Shown one piece after another: positions 18,069-26,901 of a stretch of 63,641 nucleotides of DNA. Numbering within the stretch: position 1 is the stretch's first letter; each line of letters opens with the position of its first letter. The notes below the pieces were generated by a model that had not been told where the DNA came from, did not search any database, and worked only from the letters and a program-made list of their open reading frames with translations. A program made the translations under genes and the position numbers. Origin of the DNA: a virus (taxonomy: Duplodnaviria > Caudoviricetes); the IMG/VR virus record IMGVR_UViG_3300024502_000002, positions 1 through 63,641 of that record. One strand, given 5' to 3'.

Positions 18069-18467
18069 TCACAGTTTCAGGCCGTCGGCGGTGGGTTCGA
18101 TCTTCGTGTTGCTCGGGTCTTTGGAGTTCGGATACGGGTTTTCCTGTGCTCCTGGGTTTTCTTCGTTGATGGCTTTTAGGTCCATCCCGAGCCACATCAC
18201 TGCCTCTTGCAGCTTAGTGACGCAGATGGAGCGTTCACGGCTTGCACGAGGGTTATCATCAGACGTGAGCCTTTCGCGCTTCGTGTCAGATGCGAGTTTG
18301 AGGCGTTGGATGATGGCGTCGATGTCGCGGCGCAGTTCTTTGTCTTGGATGATGGCGGTTTCGATTGCTGTCATGTTGTCGTTTGCGTTTTGGTTTTTAC
18401 TTCGGCAGCCTGGGGTGCCGTGCCCTGAACCATCGGCTGATGCCAACGGCTCGAAAGTATCTGTCAT
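18069..18467 (-). CDS. Acb2/Tad1-like helical-hairpin protein (cassette B)
   Basis: SRERSICVTKLQEAVMWL resembles the RExSLAxTKLxEAxMW motif of this family. Confidence 0.6.
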   Translation of the reverse strand: MTDTFEPLASADGSGHGTPGCRSKNQNANDNMTAIETAIIQDKELRRDIDAIIQRLKLASDTKRERLTSDDNPRASRERSICVTKLQEAVMWLGMDLKAINEENPGAQENPYPNSKDPSNTKIEPTADGLKL

Positions 18468-18515
18468 GTAAGCGGAGGTCTATCGCTCGCCGTCGGCATA
18501 GCCGGGTCGTTCAAC
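18424..18515 (+). mobile_element. attC site 3
   Basis: CCTGAAC-CATCG-GCT(G)ATGCC..CGGC / GCCG..GGCAT AGC-CGGGTC-GTTCAAC; ATGA stop/start junction in the loop. Confidence 0.88.
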
Positions 18516-18778
18516 CTCGCATCCACCTTTTCCAAGTAGCACTCCTTCATCGGATACTTGCCCTGAAGAATGCGGAAGATGAACTGGGGTTGAAAACCAA
18601 TCACCTTGGCGAGGTGGCTTTTTGACCAGCCTTGGCGCATGCGGAGCTGTTCAATGGCGTTGATGCGCGTTTGATTGGCTTTTTTTAGCAGTTCGGCAGC
18701 TTGGCTCTCAAGATTGGAGGCGCAAACAAACTCAGTGTGAATGAACGGGTGTTGGGACTGGATGTTGGGGAGGTTCAT
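18464..18778 (-). CDS. XRE-like HTH protein
   Basis: LRMRQGWSKSHLAKVIGFQPQFIFRILQG; C-terminus encoded by attC3. Confidence 0.72.
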   Translation of the reverse strand: MNLPNIQSQHPFIHTEFVCASNLESQAAELLKKANQTRINAIEQLRMRQGWSKSHLAKVIGFQPQFIFRILQGKYPMKECYLEKVDARLNDPAMPTASDRPPLT

Positions 18779-18790
18779 ATTGTGTTGCGA

Positions 18791-19516
18791 TTAACTATAT
18801 GGTGGTAAATCAGCTTGGTCAAGAACCCATCTAGGACTTTTTAGAATCATTTCGTTGTCACCTTCCAACAAGAAGCGGTCCCTGTGTCTTCCAAGAAAGA
18901 CTCTTTTCCTTTTGGCTAAAACGTCGATAATTTCATCGTCTATAAGAGATGAGTTATATTCAGCTACAGCATGTATGAAAATTTCATCAATAGATGCCTG
19001 AAGAGCAAGCAATCTACGGTCCGATATAATCTTGTCCAAAACCACATCGGCATTATCTACACTTTTATGAATCTCCCAAAAAATATCAATAAATCCCTTC
19101 ATCGCTTTTTCAGACCTTGATGCCAAGGTTGCCATCAAAGTATCGAATGAACGCTTCTTCTTACCCCTTTTGCCTTTGCATAGACCCCTAGCGTGAGCGT
19201 CCTTAATGTTTTGAACATTGGTTCCTAATTCAAGATGGTCTGGATTTGTGCAGACCTTATTGTCGCAGCGGTGCATTACGACCATACCATTAGGTATGTC
19301 TCCTTTATGGATCATATAGGACAACCTGTGGGCCAATACGTTTCTATTCTCCACCTTGAGTGTGCCATACCCATTTACCAACGACCCCTTCCAGCCCCAG
19401 CATTGACCTAATCCGGCATAATGATGATTAGACTGATCTGGCATGACGCCAGAGTCCCTATCAAGGTTGTAAAAATACAATTCACTACCATGCTCGATGA
19501 TTTTGTTTTTATCCAT
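18791..19516 (-). CDS. HNH endonuclease
   Basis: CWGWKG...AHRLSY...VMHRCDNKVCTNPDHLELGTNVQN. Confidence 0.9.
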   Translation of the reverse strand: MDKNKIIEHGSELYFYNLDRDSGVMPDQSNHHYAGLGQCWGWKGSLVNGYGTLKVENRNVLAHRLSYMIHKGDIPNGMVVMHRCDNKVCTNPDHLELGTNVQNIKDAHARGLCKGKRGKKKRSFDTLMATLASRSEKAMKGFIDIFWEIHKSVDNADVVLDKIISDRRLLALQASIDEIFIHAVAEYNSSLIDDEIIDVLAKRKRVFLGRHRDRFLLEGDNEMILKSPRWVLDQADLPPYS

Positions 19517-19703
19517 TGTGGTATTTTTGGTTAAATTTGATCCGCATTCCGCTCATCCACGCTTTCCATTCAATTCTGTCTCGTTCCCACTCCTCCTCGG
19601 CGATTTGATTGATGATTCGATTCCGCCTCAATTCATCCACAACGCCATTCAAAAGCCTTTCAGCCTTTTCCTTGGCTTTTGGTCTGAAATAGTCCGGTAT
19701 CAT
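19509..19703 (-). CDS. Hypothetical protein
   Basis: Coupled ORF within the operon. Confidence 0.6.
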   Translation of the reverse strand: MIPDYFRPKAKEKAERLLNGVVDELRRNRIINQIAEEEWERDRIEWKAWMSGMRIKFNQKYHNG

Positions 19704-20371
19704 TTAAAAATGGAGGTAAAGTGGGGTGAGCGGTATCCGGCAATCGCCGCCGACCTTAGTTTGGAAGCAACCTCTTGTGGAGTTTGAGTGGTCAAAGCAG
19801 CCTCAGTGTCTTGAAATAGCGCCTTGACCATCGCAGCGGAAAATCGAACTCGATCTTGTTTTCTCTTTGGCTCAGTCGCCTTTGCGTATCGGACGTTGAT
19901 AAAATTGATTAAGCCTTCTTCGACATCTGGACCGAAATGAGCAGGTATGGGCAACGTCATTGCATCATCTGCCTCGTTTTTGTATGATTCTTGCCATGTC
20001 AGGCCGTTTTTACGATCCTCACGATACCGTTTCATGTAGTCTCGCATGTATTTGTTCTTCTGCTCAGGCGTGCGAATGTCTCGATACTTGAAGTAATTCA
20101 GCAGCTTGAAGCCACCACTAACTCTCTCAATTCTGCGACCGTCGTAATCTGGCGTTCTGGATTTAGGGTCTGGTGAGGTAAAGGCTCGGATGGCGTCATC
20201 GGCCTCCTCTTTTGTGATATTTGCCACCCGATAGAGAGAGGCTTCCGTAACCGGACTGATTCCATCAGTTCCGCAAGTAACCATGAGGGCGGTCCAAGCG
20301 ATACGGTGATGATACGGACCCTCCCAAACTGAAGATGAAACTAGCTCGCAATGAGCTTTGATGAACGACAT
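19700..20371 (-). CDS. Replication initiator / replisome organiser-like protein
   Basis: N-terminal SSVW...SPDPKSRT..DGRRIERV.GGF.LLNY.KYR pattern seen in phage replication proteins. Confidence 0.6.
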   Translation of the reverse strand: MSFIKAHCELVSSSVWEGPYHHRIAWTALMVTCGTDGISPVTEASLYRVANITKEEADDAIRAFTSPDPKSRTPDYDGRRIERVSGGFKLLNYFKYRDIRTPEQKNKYMRDYMKRYREDRKNGLTWQESYKNEADDAMTLPIPAHFGPDVEEGLINFINVRYAKATEPKRKQDRVRFSAAMVKALFQDTEAALTTQTPQEVASKLRSAAIAGYRSPHFTSIFK

Positions 20372-20555
20372 TTCATCATGTAGCGTTAATTGTGTTAATC
20401 GTCAACTGTATTTTACAAATAAATCAGTGAACCCCTAGCTTGGTGAAAACTAGGGGTCCTCATCTTATATATTATGTTAGATTAACGCGTGTAAATCCTT
20501 GGCCATCAAGGAAATACCCCATGTTTTTGACTAACTTTGACTTTTACACGTTAAG

Positions 20556-21215
20556 CTACGAAAAGTCCTCCCCATACTCCAGCTTCAGGATCAGCCTCAA
20601 CTCATGCATGGCCTTGCGGATGTCCTCGGCCTTGTTCTTCGCTCGGTGACGGCAGACGCGCTTTACTACACAGCCCTCCAGAAACGACAGCTTGTTGGCA
20701 TGGATGAACTCGACCGGCTGGATGGCGAGGCCCTTGTAGTGGTCGCCGCCTTCTTGTTGGGAGAGTGGGTTGCAGGACTCGATGGCCTCAACGTGCAGTT
20801 TTTGATGAACTTTGGCGTCATCGGCTTTGATGGCGAACCAGACATCTTCGGGTGTAAATGCACTCAATTTTTTAGCAGTGGATACATACCACTCGGAACA
20901 AGTAGCAGGCCAAGACATATAGTTATTTGGCAACTCCTCCGGCATCTCGCTCCGATGCCTCAAAACGTAGCCCTTGGGAGGCTGCGGTCCTACTTCGGGA
21001 ATGACGGACTCAGGTTTTGTTTCCGGGATGGCGTAGAGGGATTTTACCTCAAAGCCATAAAGCTGACCGCCAATGCGACCGGAAGGAACCCATTCAGGCT
21101 CATCCTCAAGACATTGCGAAGACGACCAGATTAGCGCCCCTTCCGGCACGCAGTCCTTGATGTCCTCTCCTTTGACGAGCTTGTATCCTGCGGGTGGTGT
21201 GGGTGTGTTGCTCAT
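20556..21215 (-). CDS. DUF3310 (SaV-like) domain protein
   Basis: C-terminal QQEGGDHYK...IQPVEFI...FLEGCVVK...EDIRKA. Confidence 0.82.
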   Translation of the reverse strand: MSNTPTPPAGYKLVKGEDIKDCVPEGALIWSSSQCLEDEPEWVPSGRIGGQLYGFEVKSLYAIPETKPESVIPEVGPQPPKGYVLRHRSEMPEELPNNYMSWPATCSEWYVSTAKKLSAFTPEDVWFAIKADDAKVHQKLHVEAIESCNPLSQQEGGDHYKGLAIQPVEFIHANKLSFLEGCVVKRVCRHRAKNKAEDIRKAMHELRLILKLEYGEDFS

Positions 21216-21508
21216 GGCTTAATCCGGTAAATGTTGCGTTTTGCTCCGTGGAATCCCTCTGATCCTTTCTCAACAGTGAGAAATCCAGCCCCAACAAGGG
21301 CTTTGAGGGTGTTGTTTGCCGTCTCCCGTGAGAGCTTCAGCCTGTCTGCCACGTCGTAAATGGTGGCTTGGCCCATTTCGGCAATCACTGCCAAGGCAGC
21401 GACTGTTGATGCGGAGCGGATGTTGTTCTCCATTGCGAAGAACAGGTCAATGATGGTCGTGGTCTGGATGTGTGTCATGGGGCTTAAAAGGATTCTCAGG
21501 CACGACAA
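21212..21508 (-). CDS. Winged-helix DNA-binding protein
   Basis: TIYDVADRLKLSRETANNTLKALVGAGFL; true start probably MTHIQT. Confidence 0.72.
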   Translation of the reverse strand: MSCLRILLSPMTHIQTTTIIDLFFAMENNIRSASTVAALAVIAEMGQATIYDVADRLKLSRETANNTLKALVGAGFLTVEKGSEGFHGAKRNIYRIKP

Positions 21509-21592
21509 ACCACAGGTCGAGGTAGTCGCGGAAGGTCGGTCGCTCCCTACTCTGGCATGAGGCCAGCAAGAGGCAGAGGGCTAGGAGTGGTT

Positions 21593-21790
21593 TCATCGCT
21601 TGAGTTGCTGAAGAAGGTCGTAGCAGGCGGCTTCGTAGGAGGGGCCTTTGCCAGCATGAAGCAAATCCATGCCAAGCGGGTCTTTGTAGATTTCCGCATA
21701 CCAGCGACGGCATAACTGGTCTTTGAAGACAACCAATGCGTAATCGGAGTCATCAACTAATTGAAGAAGGGATGCGTGGGCTGAGTTCAT
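21593..21790 (-). CDS. Hypothetical protein
   Basis: ATGA-coupled ORF. Confidence 0.55.
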   Translation of the reverse strand: MNSAHASLLQLVDDSDYALVVFKDQLCRRWYAEIYKDPLGMDLLHAGKGPSYEAACYDLLQQLKR

Positions 21791-22164
21791 TTGAGGAAGG
21801 GTTGGAGTTTGGCGAGGGCATGATGGGCGTCGTCCATTGTTTCACATTCTAAGTCTAGATTGCAAACTGACACGCCGAGCATGTATTTTAGACATCCATC
21901 AAGAGCTGCATGCGCCTCCCGGATCGCCTCGCGCATGGCGGCAATCTCCTTCGCCGGATCAGCCATTTTGGAGCAGGCGTTGACGCAGGCAATGATTCGC
22001 CCTGCTTTAGCCCATGCAACAGAACTATCCTCACCAACAAGCTCATGGATGTCGGCAAAGTAAGCTCCTTTGCCATCAAACAGGCTTGTGGAAAAATGGC
22101 CTTCTTGAATAGTCCACGGCTCGCCGTAGTCGGATGTTGAGGTATTCATATCGTGGTGTGTCAT
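21787..22164 (-). CDS. Hypothetical phage protein
   Basis: EPW...RIIACVNAC motif common in small phage ORFs. Confidence 0.7.
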   Translation of the reverse strand: MTHHDMNTSTSDYGEPWTIQEGHFSTSLFDGKGAYFADIHELVGEDSSVAWAKAGRIIACVNACSKMADPAKEIAAMREAIREAHAALDGCLKYMLGVSVCNLDLECETMDDAHHALAKLQPFLK

Positions 22165-22201
22165 ATCGAGGTGGTAACGCTACTCGCTTAATTGATAAGA
22201 T

Positions 22202-22414
22202 TCAAGTGGAAGGAGGTTCTTTTTTCTTCCGTGGCATGCACCCACAGGAGCGAACATGTCCTCGCGTGAGGTTCTGGTAGTAGGCTGAAATCTTCGTGCC
22301 GCATTTACACTCGCAGGTCCATCGGGAGTTGCCGAATCGGTTGCGGCTTTCGTAGGCGATGACGGTCAGAAGGCCGAAGGTCTGCTTGAGAAGGGATTTG
22401 GAGGCGCGGCCCAT
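22202..22414 (-). CDS. Second stand-alone AP2/HNH-associated N-terminal domain
   Basis: QTFGLLTVI...NSRWTCECKCG...AYYQNLTRG..RSCGC; paralogue of 16951..17169. Confidence 0.75.
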   Translation of the reverse strand: MGRASKSLLKQTFGLLTVIAYESRNRFGNSRWTCECKCGTKISAYYQNLTRGHVRSCGCMPRKKKEPPST

Positions 22415-22419
22415 TTGGT

Positions 22420-22917
22420 TTAGTCCTTCACAAGTTGACGCGCCTGTTCCACCTGTTCCTCGGTGATGTGGCCTGCCGCGATGAGGATGGCGAGGATGCG
22501 GTCGGTGGTGGGAGATTCGGTCTTCATGGGGGCGGATTCGTGGGGGCGGTAGAAGAGGATGTCGAGATCACCTCTGGTAGTTACTTTCCATTCTGGAGAA
22601 AGTTGACTAGAAAAAACCAATCCATTTCGACACACAATATCCACATTCACTTCGTCCCCCACAGGCGCAGGATCACCCGGCTTGTGAGCATGCCAAGGCT
22701 GGCCATTGCCGGGTAGGTCGGGGGTGATGTAGGTGAAAAGTAGGCAATCAGCCATTAGTTTTATGGAGTCAGAAAACGATGCTTGGCTGCATTTAACTCT
22801 CCCTTCATTCCACACTCGGACTGGAATCATCTTTCCATACTCCTCATTACATACCATCCTCCAGCCAGCGGGGATTTTATCGAGAGGGGCGTTTTCGGGG
22901 TTTGCGGGTGTTTTCAT
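22420..22917 (-). CDS. Hypothetical protein
   Basis: Likely start MKTPAN, ATGA-coupled. Confidence 0.6.
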   Translation of the reverse strand: MKTPANPENAPLDKIPAGWRMVCNEEYGKMIPVRVWNEGRVKCSQASFSDSIKLMADCLLFTYITPDLPGNGQPWHAHKPGDPAPVGDEVNVDIVCRNGLVFSSQLSPEWKVTTRGDLDILFYRPHESAPMKTESPTTDRILAILIAAGHITEEQVEQARQLVKD

Positions 22918-23243
22918 GGGCGCTTGTAGCGAGGGAACAAATGGCAGATTAAAGGGATGTAGGACATCAAGGTGCGACGGCCTTTGCCGAGATATGATGG
23001 TTGTTTCTCCCAAAACTCTTGGAGTGACATCCAGACGCCACTGCTAGAAAGCCAGTTTGGTCTGGTGAAATAAACGACTTCAGGAGTGGATTCTGTGATG
23101 TAGAAAAGATCGCGGTTGAATTCCCATTTGAGGACATACCACTCGCCGGGTAGTGGCTGCTTGGGCGAACCGATGAGAATGACTTCGGGGTAAGATGGTT
23201 GGTGTGTTTTCATGCGTTTTGATCGGTGTATTTGGCCTTCCAT
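22914..23243 (-). CDS. Hypothetical protein
   Basis: ORF within the operon. Confidence 0.55.
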   Translation of the reverse strand: MEGQIHRSKRMKTHQPSYPEVILIGSPKQPLPGEWYVLKWEFNRDLFYITESTPEVVYFTRPNWLSSSGVWMSLQEFWEKQPSYLGKGRRTLMSYIPLICHLFPRYKRP

Positions 23244-23264
23244 TCACGGGCTAGGGTGACGGCA

Positions 23265-23627
23265 TCATTGAGTGCTCCTGAGCCACGAATAATAGGCGCT
23301 GACAGAACTGAATCCTAGATCGGATGCCTTCTTTTCATTCTTCTCGTAGGCTAGGAACTGCCGGAAGTTGTCGAATGCGCCGTCACTTTCCCGGTAGCGT
23401 TGCCACCGTAGCTGGCTGCGGGTGAGTTTTGGCACCTCACCCATACCAAGGTAGGTGATTCCATCGGTGGGGTGGAAAGGCCCGGATGGCTTCTTGTCAC
23501 CGTCGAAGTGAATCTCAATGTATTGGTTGCGGGAGCGGGTAATGACGCCCTCTTTGTCCTTGTAGCGGACGCGACGGCCTGTTTCTGCCGGAATTTTGTA
23601 GTATTGCTGGATGTAGTCGAAGCTCAT
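23265..23627 (-). CDS. Hypothetical phage protein
   Basis: YIQQYYKIPAETGRRV...FHPT motif. Confidence 0.7.
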   Translation of the reverse strand: MSFDYIQQYYKIPAETGRRVRYKDKEGVITRSRNQYIEIHFDGDKKPSGPFHPTDGITYLGMGEVPKLTRSQLRWQRYRESDGAFDNFRQFLAYEKNEKKASDLGFSSVSAYYSWLRSTQ

Positions 23628-23686
23628 ATTCTGGTAACTCTACTCTGCCGGTGGATGGATGGCAAGAGGTAAATGATAAGATATAT

Positions 23687-24187
23687 TCAGGGGATGGGTG
23701 GATTCCGCCAGAAGCAGTTGTCGGGGGTGAAGTCGATGGAAGGGTTGAGGCGGGCTAGGCGGGTGCCTGCCGGGTATGGCCCCATGTCATCCACAAAGGC
23801 GTCAAAGCTGTCCCTCCACCTCTGGCAGACCCTGATCCCCTTCGCCCCGTAGTTGCGGTAGCCGGGATTGCGCTCGTTGTAGCAGCGGGTGAGCATCGAG
23901 TAGTAGATGCGGCAAAGAGGGTTCTTGTTCGTGCGCTGATGGCCTTCTGGACGCTCACGACGCTTGGCATGGACTTCTGCACGGTAGCAGCCACAGGACG
24001 TTGTGGAGCCTCGCATGAGGCCGGAGTAGCGGACCTTCTTTTCCTTCCCACAGGAGCACCGGCACAGCCAGAGGGAGTCGTGGGAAGCCCGCCCTTCGTA
24101 GGACAGGACCGTCAGGCGGGAAAAGACTTGGCCTGTCAGGTCGTGGTAGCGAGGAAGGGGTGGGTCTTCGAGTTGATCTTCGGTCAT
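23687..24187 (-). CDS. AP2/HNH-type endonuclease-like protein, possibly inactive
   Basis: DLTGQVFSRLTV...SCGC...RCYN...GIRVCQRW; LARLN replaces the usual IDRIN. Confidence 0.75.
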   Translation of the reverse strand: MTEDQLEDPPLPRYHDLTGQVFSRLTVLSYEGRASHDSLWLCRCSCGKEKKVRYSGLMRGSTTSCGCYRAEVHAKRRERPEGHQRTNKNPLCRIYYSMLTRCYNERNPGYRNYGAKGIRVCQRWRDSFDAFVDDMGPYPAGTRLARLNPSIDFTPDNCFWRNPPIP

Positions 24188-24410
24188 ATAAAACAACTCT
24201 AACGCGGAAGGAGAGAGGTGGCAAATGATAAGATTGAAGGAGGGGAGATTTGTTGGATGGGGCTGATACGCATACCAAGGGCCACGTTTTACCCCCGCCA
24301 CACCCCCGGCGCGGTCGTCTCCCGCTCAGACTGGACGCACTAACAAAAGAGCACTAACACGGCAGTTCCCAACAAGATCACTAAGCCAGACTTTCTCGGT
24401 GTTCACCCGA

Positions 24411-24983
24411 TCAGCTCTCAGCCTCGTTTCCGCTCAAATTGAAAGCGTCTCCATAGTTTCCAGCGTCCTCGATGATTACCGTCTCACATTCCAGAATTGA
24501 ATCGTCGGCTTGCCCGCCTCCAAACGCGAAAGCCTGCTGGACGTTGACCTGCGGTTGCGCCCATTTTCCAGCAATTGCGGCCATTTTGAAAATTCGTTCA
24601 ATGTCGGCAATGTTTTCGAGCGGCAGGTGGTCAATTTCACCGGCGGCACGCTTGAGGCCTTTCTGTGCGATCTGCGAGGCTAAAAGGAGGTTTGAGCTGC
24701 TCAGACTCTCCGCGTTTTCGGAAATCGTGGCGGCCACTTTTTTCGCTAAAAAAGCCGAATCAGGCCCCTTCGTTAAACTTTCCGTTAAACCTACCGGATT
24801 AGTCGACAATTCCTCTCGCTTAGCTTGCACTGCCGCTTTCCATACAGGATCAAGAAAACGCCTTTGCCTGATAGCGTTCCCGTTAATACCGAAGGACTCG
24901 GCTAGTTGGCTATCTGGCACGCCTTTGATGCTGGCAGCTTTTACGGCGTCCCATTGTTCAGGACTCAAGATAGGATCGGGCAT
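24411..24983 (-). CDS. Putative terminase small subunit
   Basis: N-terminal HTH (LAESFGINGNAIRQR..W), helical body; followed by G-run/C-run non-coding DNA and a strand switch. Confidence 0.6.
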   Translation of the reverse strand: MPDPILSPEQWDAVKAASIKGVPDSQLAESFGINGNAIRQRRFLDPVWKAAVQAKREELSTNPVGLTESLTKGPDSAFLAKKVAATISENAESLSSSNLLLASQIAQKGLKRAAGEIDHLPLENIADIERIFKMAAIAGKWAQPQVNVQQAFAFGGGQADDSILECETVIIEDAGNYGDAFNLSGNEAES

Positions 24984-25084
24984 ATATCCCGCCATCCTTA
25001 CGCCTATTCGCTCAAAAACAAAACAAAACTTTCGCTTGCTTCTATGCCGCAATCTACTACACTATAAGCCCACACCTCCTTTAT

Positions 25085-25264
25085 ATGACATTCCAAGAAT
25101 TCAAAGACATGATCGAAGATGCGGCAGCTATCAAGCAAGCTGAAAGCCTCGCAGACTTCCGCGCCTTGCACCGTGCAAATGGTAATTGGGGCGAGGAGGA
25201 CGACGATAATTCATGGCGTAACGATCAAGCCGTTAATGAGGACGGCACCCCGGTAAATCTTTAA
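25085..25264 (+). CDS. Small acidic early protein (59 aa, not in ORF track)
   Basis: MTFQEFKDMIEDAAAIKQAESL...; first ORF of the + strand block. Confidence 0.55.
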   Translation: MTFQEFKDMIEDAAAIKQAESLADFRALHRANGNWGEEDDDNSWRNDQAVNEDGTPVNL

Positions 25265-25301
25265 TCCCCTAACTCTCCCCACGCCAAACGGCTCCCACTA
25301 T

Positions 25302-25457
25302 ATGCACTCCTACGATCAACTTCTCCAAGCCGTCATTCGTTACATCGACAAGCACGGCCAAAATCAGGCCACCCTAGACAAGGTGGAAACAATGCTTCCG
25401 GGCGCTTGGTCTGCTAACCTAATTGCAGATGCTCTCGACATTATCGCGGCTCGCTAA
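25302..25457 (+). CDS. Small early protein (51 aa, not in ORF track)
   Basis: MHSYDQLLQAVIRYIDKHG... Confidence 0.5.
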   Translation: MHSYDQLLQAVIRYIDKHGQNQATLDKVETMLPGAWSANLIADALDIIAAR

Positions 25458-25833
25458 CCCTTCACCTTTCCACACATGACACGCTCCCAAAAACGCGCCC
25501 TCCGCACATCCCTCCTAGAACTCGCCCGACTCATCACGGGCACGCTCCTAATCGCTGCCGCCATCGCCTCTCTTCCGTTCCTTTTTGCCATCCTATGAAA
25601 CCCCAGGAACCAACCCACGAAACAAAGTCGGACCTTGGATTGACTCAATACAATGTTTCAACCTGCCCCGAATGCGGCCTTGCACTCGTCAAGCAGGTCC
25701 AGGTCTATTTCGGCAAGCGTCACGTTCAAACGCTCCCAAGTCTGCCCCGCTTCCAGGCGCATGAATTGTGCGATGGCGACTGCGCGGCCTGACCTTTCCT
25801 TTTGCCATTCGCTAACCTCAATCTCGCCAAAAT

Positions 25834-26127
25834 ATGAACTCACGCAAATCTGCCCTCGCTAAACTTCAGCCCGTTCTACCCTCTGCCGCCGTTGACTATT
25901 GGGGAGACATAACGGCCACCGAGAACGAATGCCGCGTGATGATCTTCGCGCGAGGCCCGCGCCGTTCCCCGTCCTGTGCTCAGGTTTACTCAACGGCCAA
26001 GTGCCCTTCCGGGGAGCGTCTGACGCGGCCCTTTAAGCTCGCCAAGCTCATCTCCGCCACCCTCAAGATGCCCGTCACATTCTCCGGCGCTGGCCGCTGG
26101 CTTTCGGCAGAGATTAAGCCCCGCTAA
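25834..26127 (+). CDS. Hypothetical early protein
   Basis: ORF after an A/C-rich leader. Confidence 0.55.
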   Translation: MNSRKSALAKLQPVLPSAAVDYWGDITATENECRVMIFARGPRRSPSCAQVYSTAKCPSGERLTRPFKLAKLISATLKMPVTFSGAGRWLSAEIKPR

Positions 26128-26304
26128 AATGACACCCGCACAAGAGCAAACCCGACTAGAATCCGCCCTCGCTCGCATCTTCGCAATCTGCGATGCAAAC
26201 CGCGCCGCGATGCTCAAAGCCCGCGAAGATCAGAAACTTTCCCGCCGCCGCTTCTGGTGGCAGGACAACGACAACGACAACGAAACACAAAACAAACGCT
26301 AAAT

Positions 26305-26568
26305 ATGAAGCAACTCAACAATATGCCGATCACTGAAAACCACGCGCCCGACACGCGTGTTAAGCACTCCGGTTATGCCTTGCAGCGCCAGCGGGATTAT
26401 TGGCTCAGTTTGGGCCGTGAACCTGCCAAAACCTACGCCCGCCAAGCATACGAGGAAAAAGCCGCCATGCGTGGCACTTTGACCGAGAATAACGAAAAAG
26501 GCTGCCGCGTGCGCTGGGAGGATGGCAGTGAAAGTAGCTGCCTCTCTTACATGATTGTCACGGCTTAA
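26305..26568 (+). CDS. Hypothetical early protein
   Basis: Shared leader motif; RVRWEDG SH3-like end. Confidence 0.6.
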   Translation: MKQLNNMPITENHAPDTRVKHSGYALQRQRDYWLSLGREPAKTYARQAYEEKAAMRGTLTENNEKGCRVRWEDGSESSCLSYMIVTA

Positions 26569-26596
26569 ACAGCACCAAAACACAAAACACGCTAAT

Positions 26597-26875
26597 ATGA
26601 AACGCCCACAAATCACACCCGGCCCTTGGACGCAAAACGCCGACACCGTTTGGCGTAAAATCGGAAGCGCAAATCAACCCATTATTATTCACCCTAATTA
26701 TTCCGCGATGGCTCAAAATGACGCCCGCGCCATCGCCGCCCTTCCCGCCTTGCTTGAGGCTTTGGAGCTGGCAGAGGCAACCATTCAGCGCCTAGCGCCG
26801 GACGGCTCGAGAGCCACGCAAGGCACGCGTGATGTGATAGCGAACGCCCTCCGCCTCGCCGGTTACGAATTTTGA
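26597..26875 (+). CDS. Hypothetical phage protein (TPGPW family)
   Basis: TPGPW...DARAIAALPALLEAL. Confidence 0.72.
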   Translation: MKRPQITPGPWTQNADTVWRKIGSANQPIIIHPNYSAMAQNDARAIAALPALLEALELAEATIQRLAPDGSRATQGTRDVIANALRLAGYEF

Positions 26876-26901
26876 ACCCTTTCACCATCACTAAATACGC
26901 C

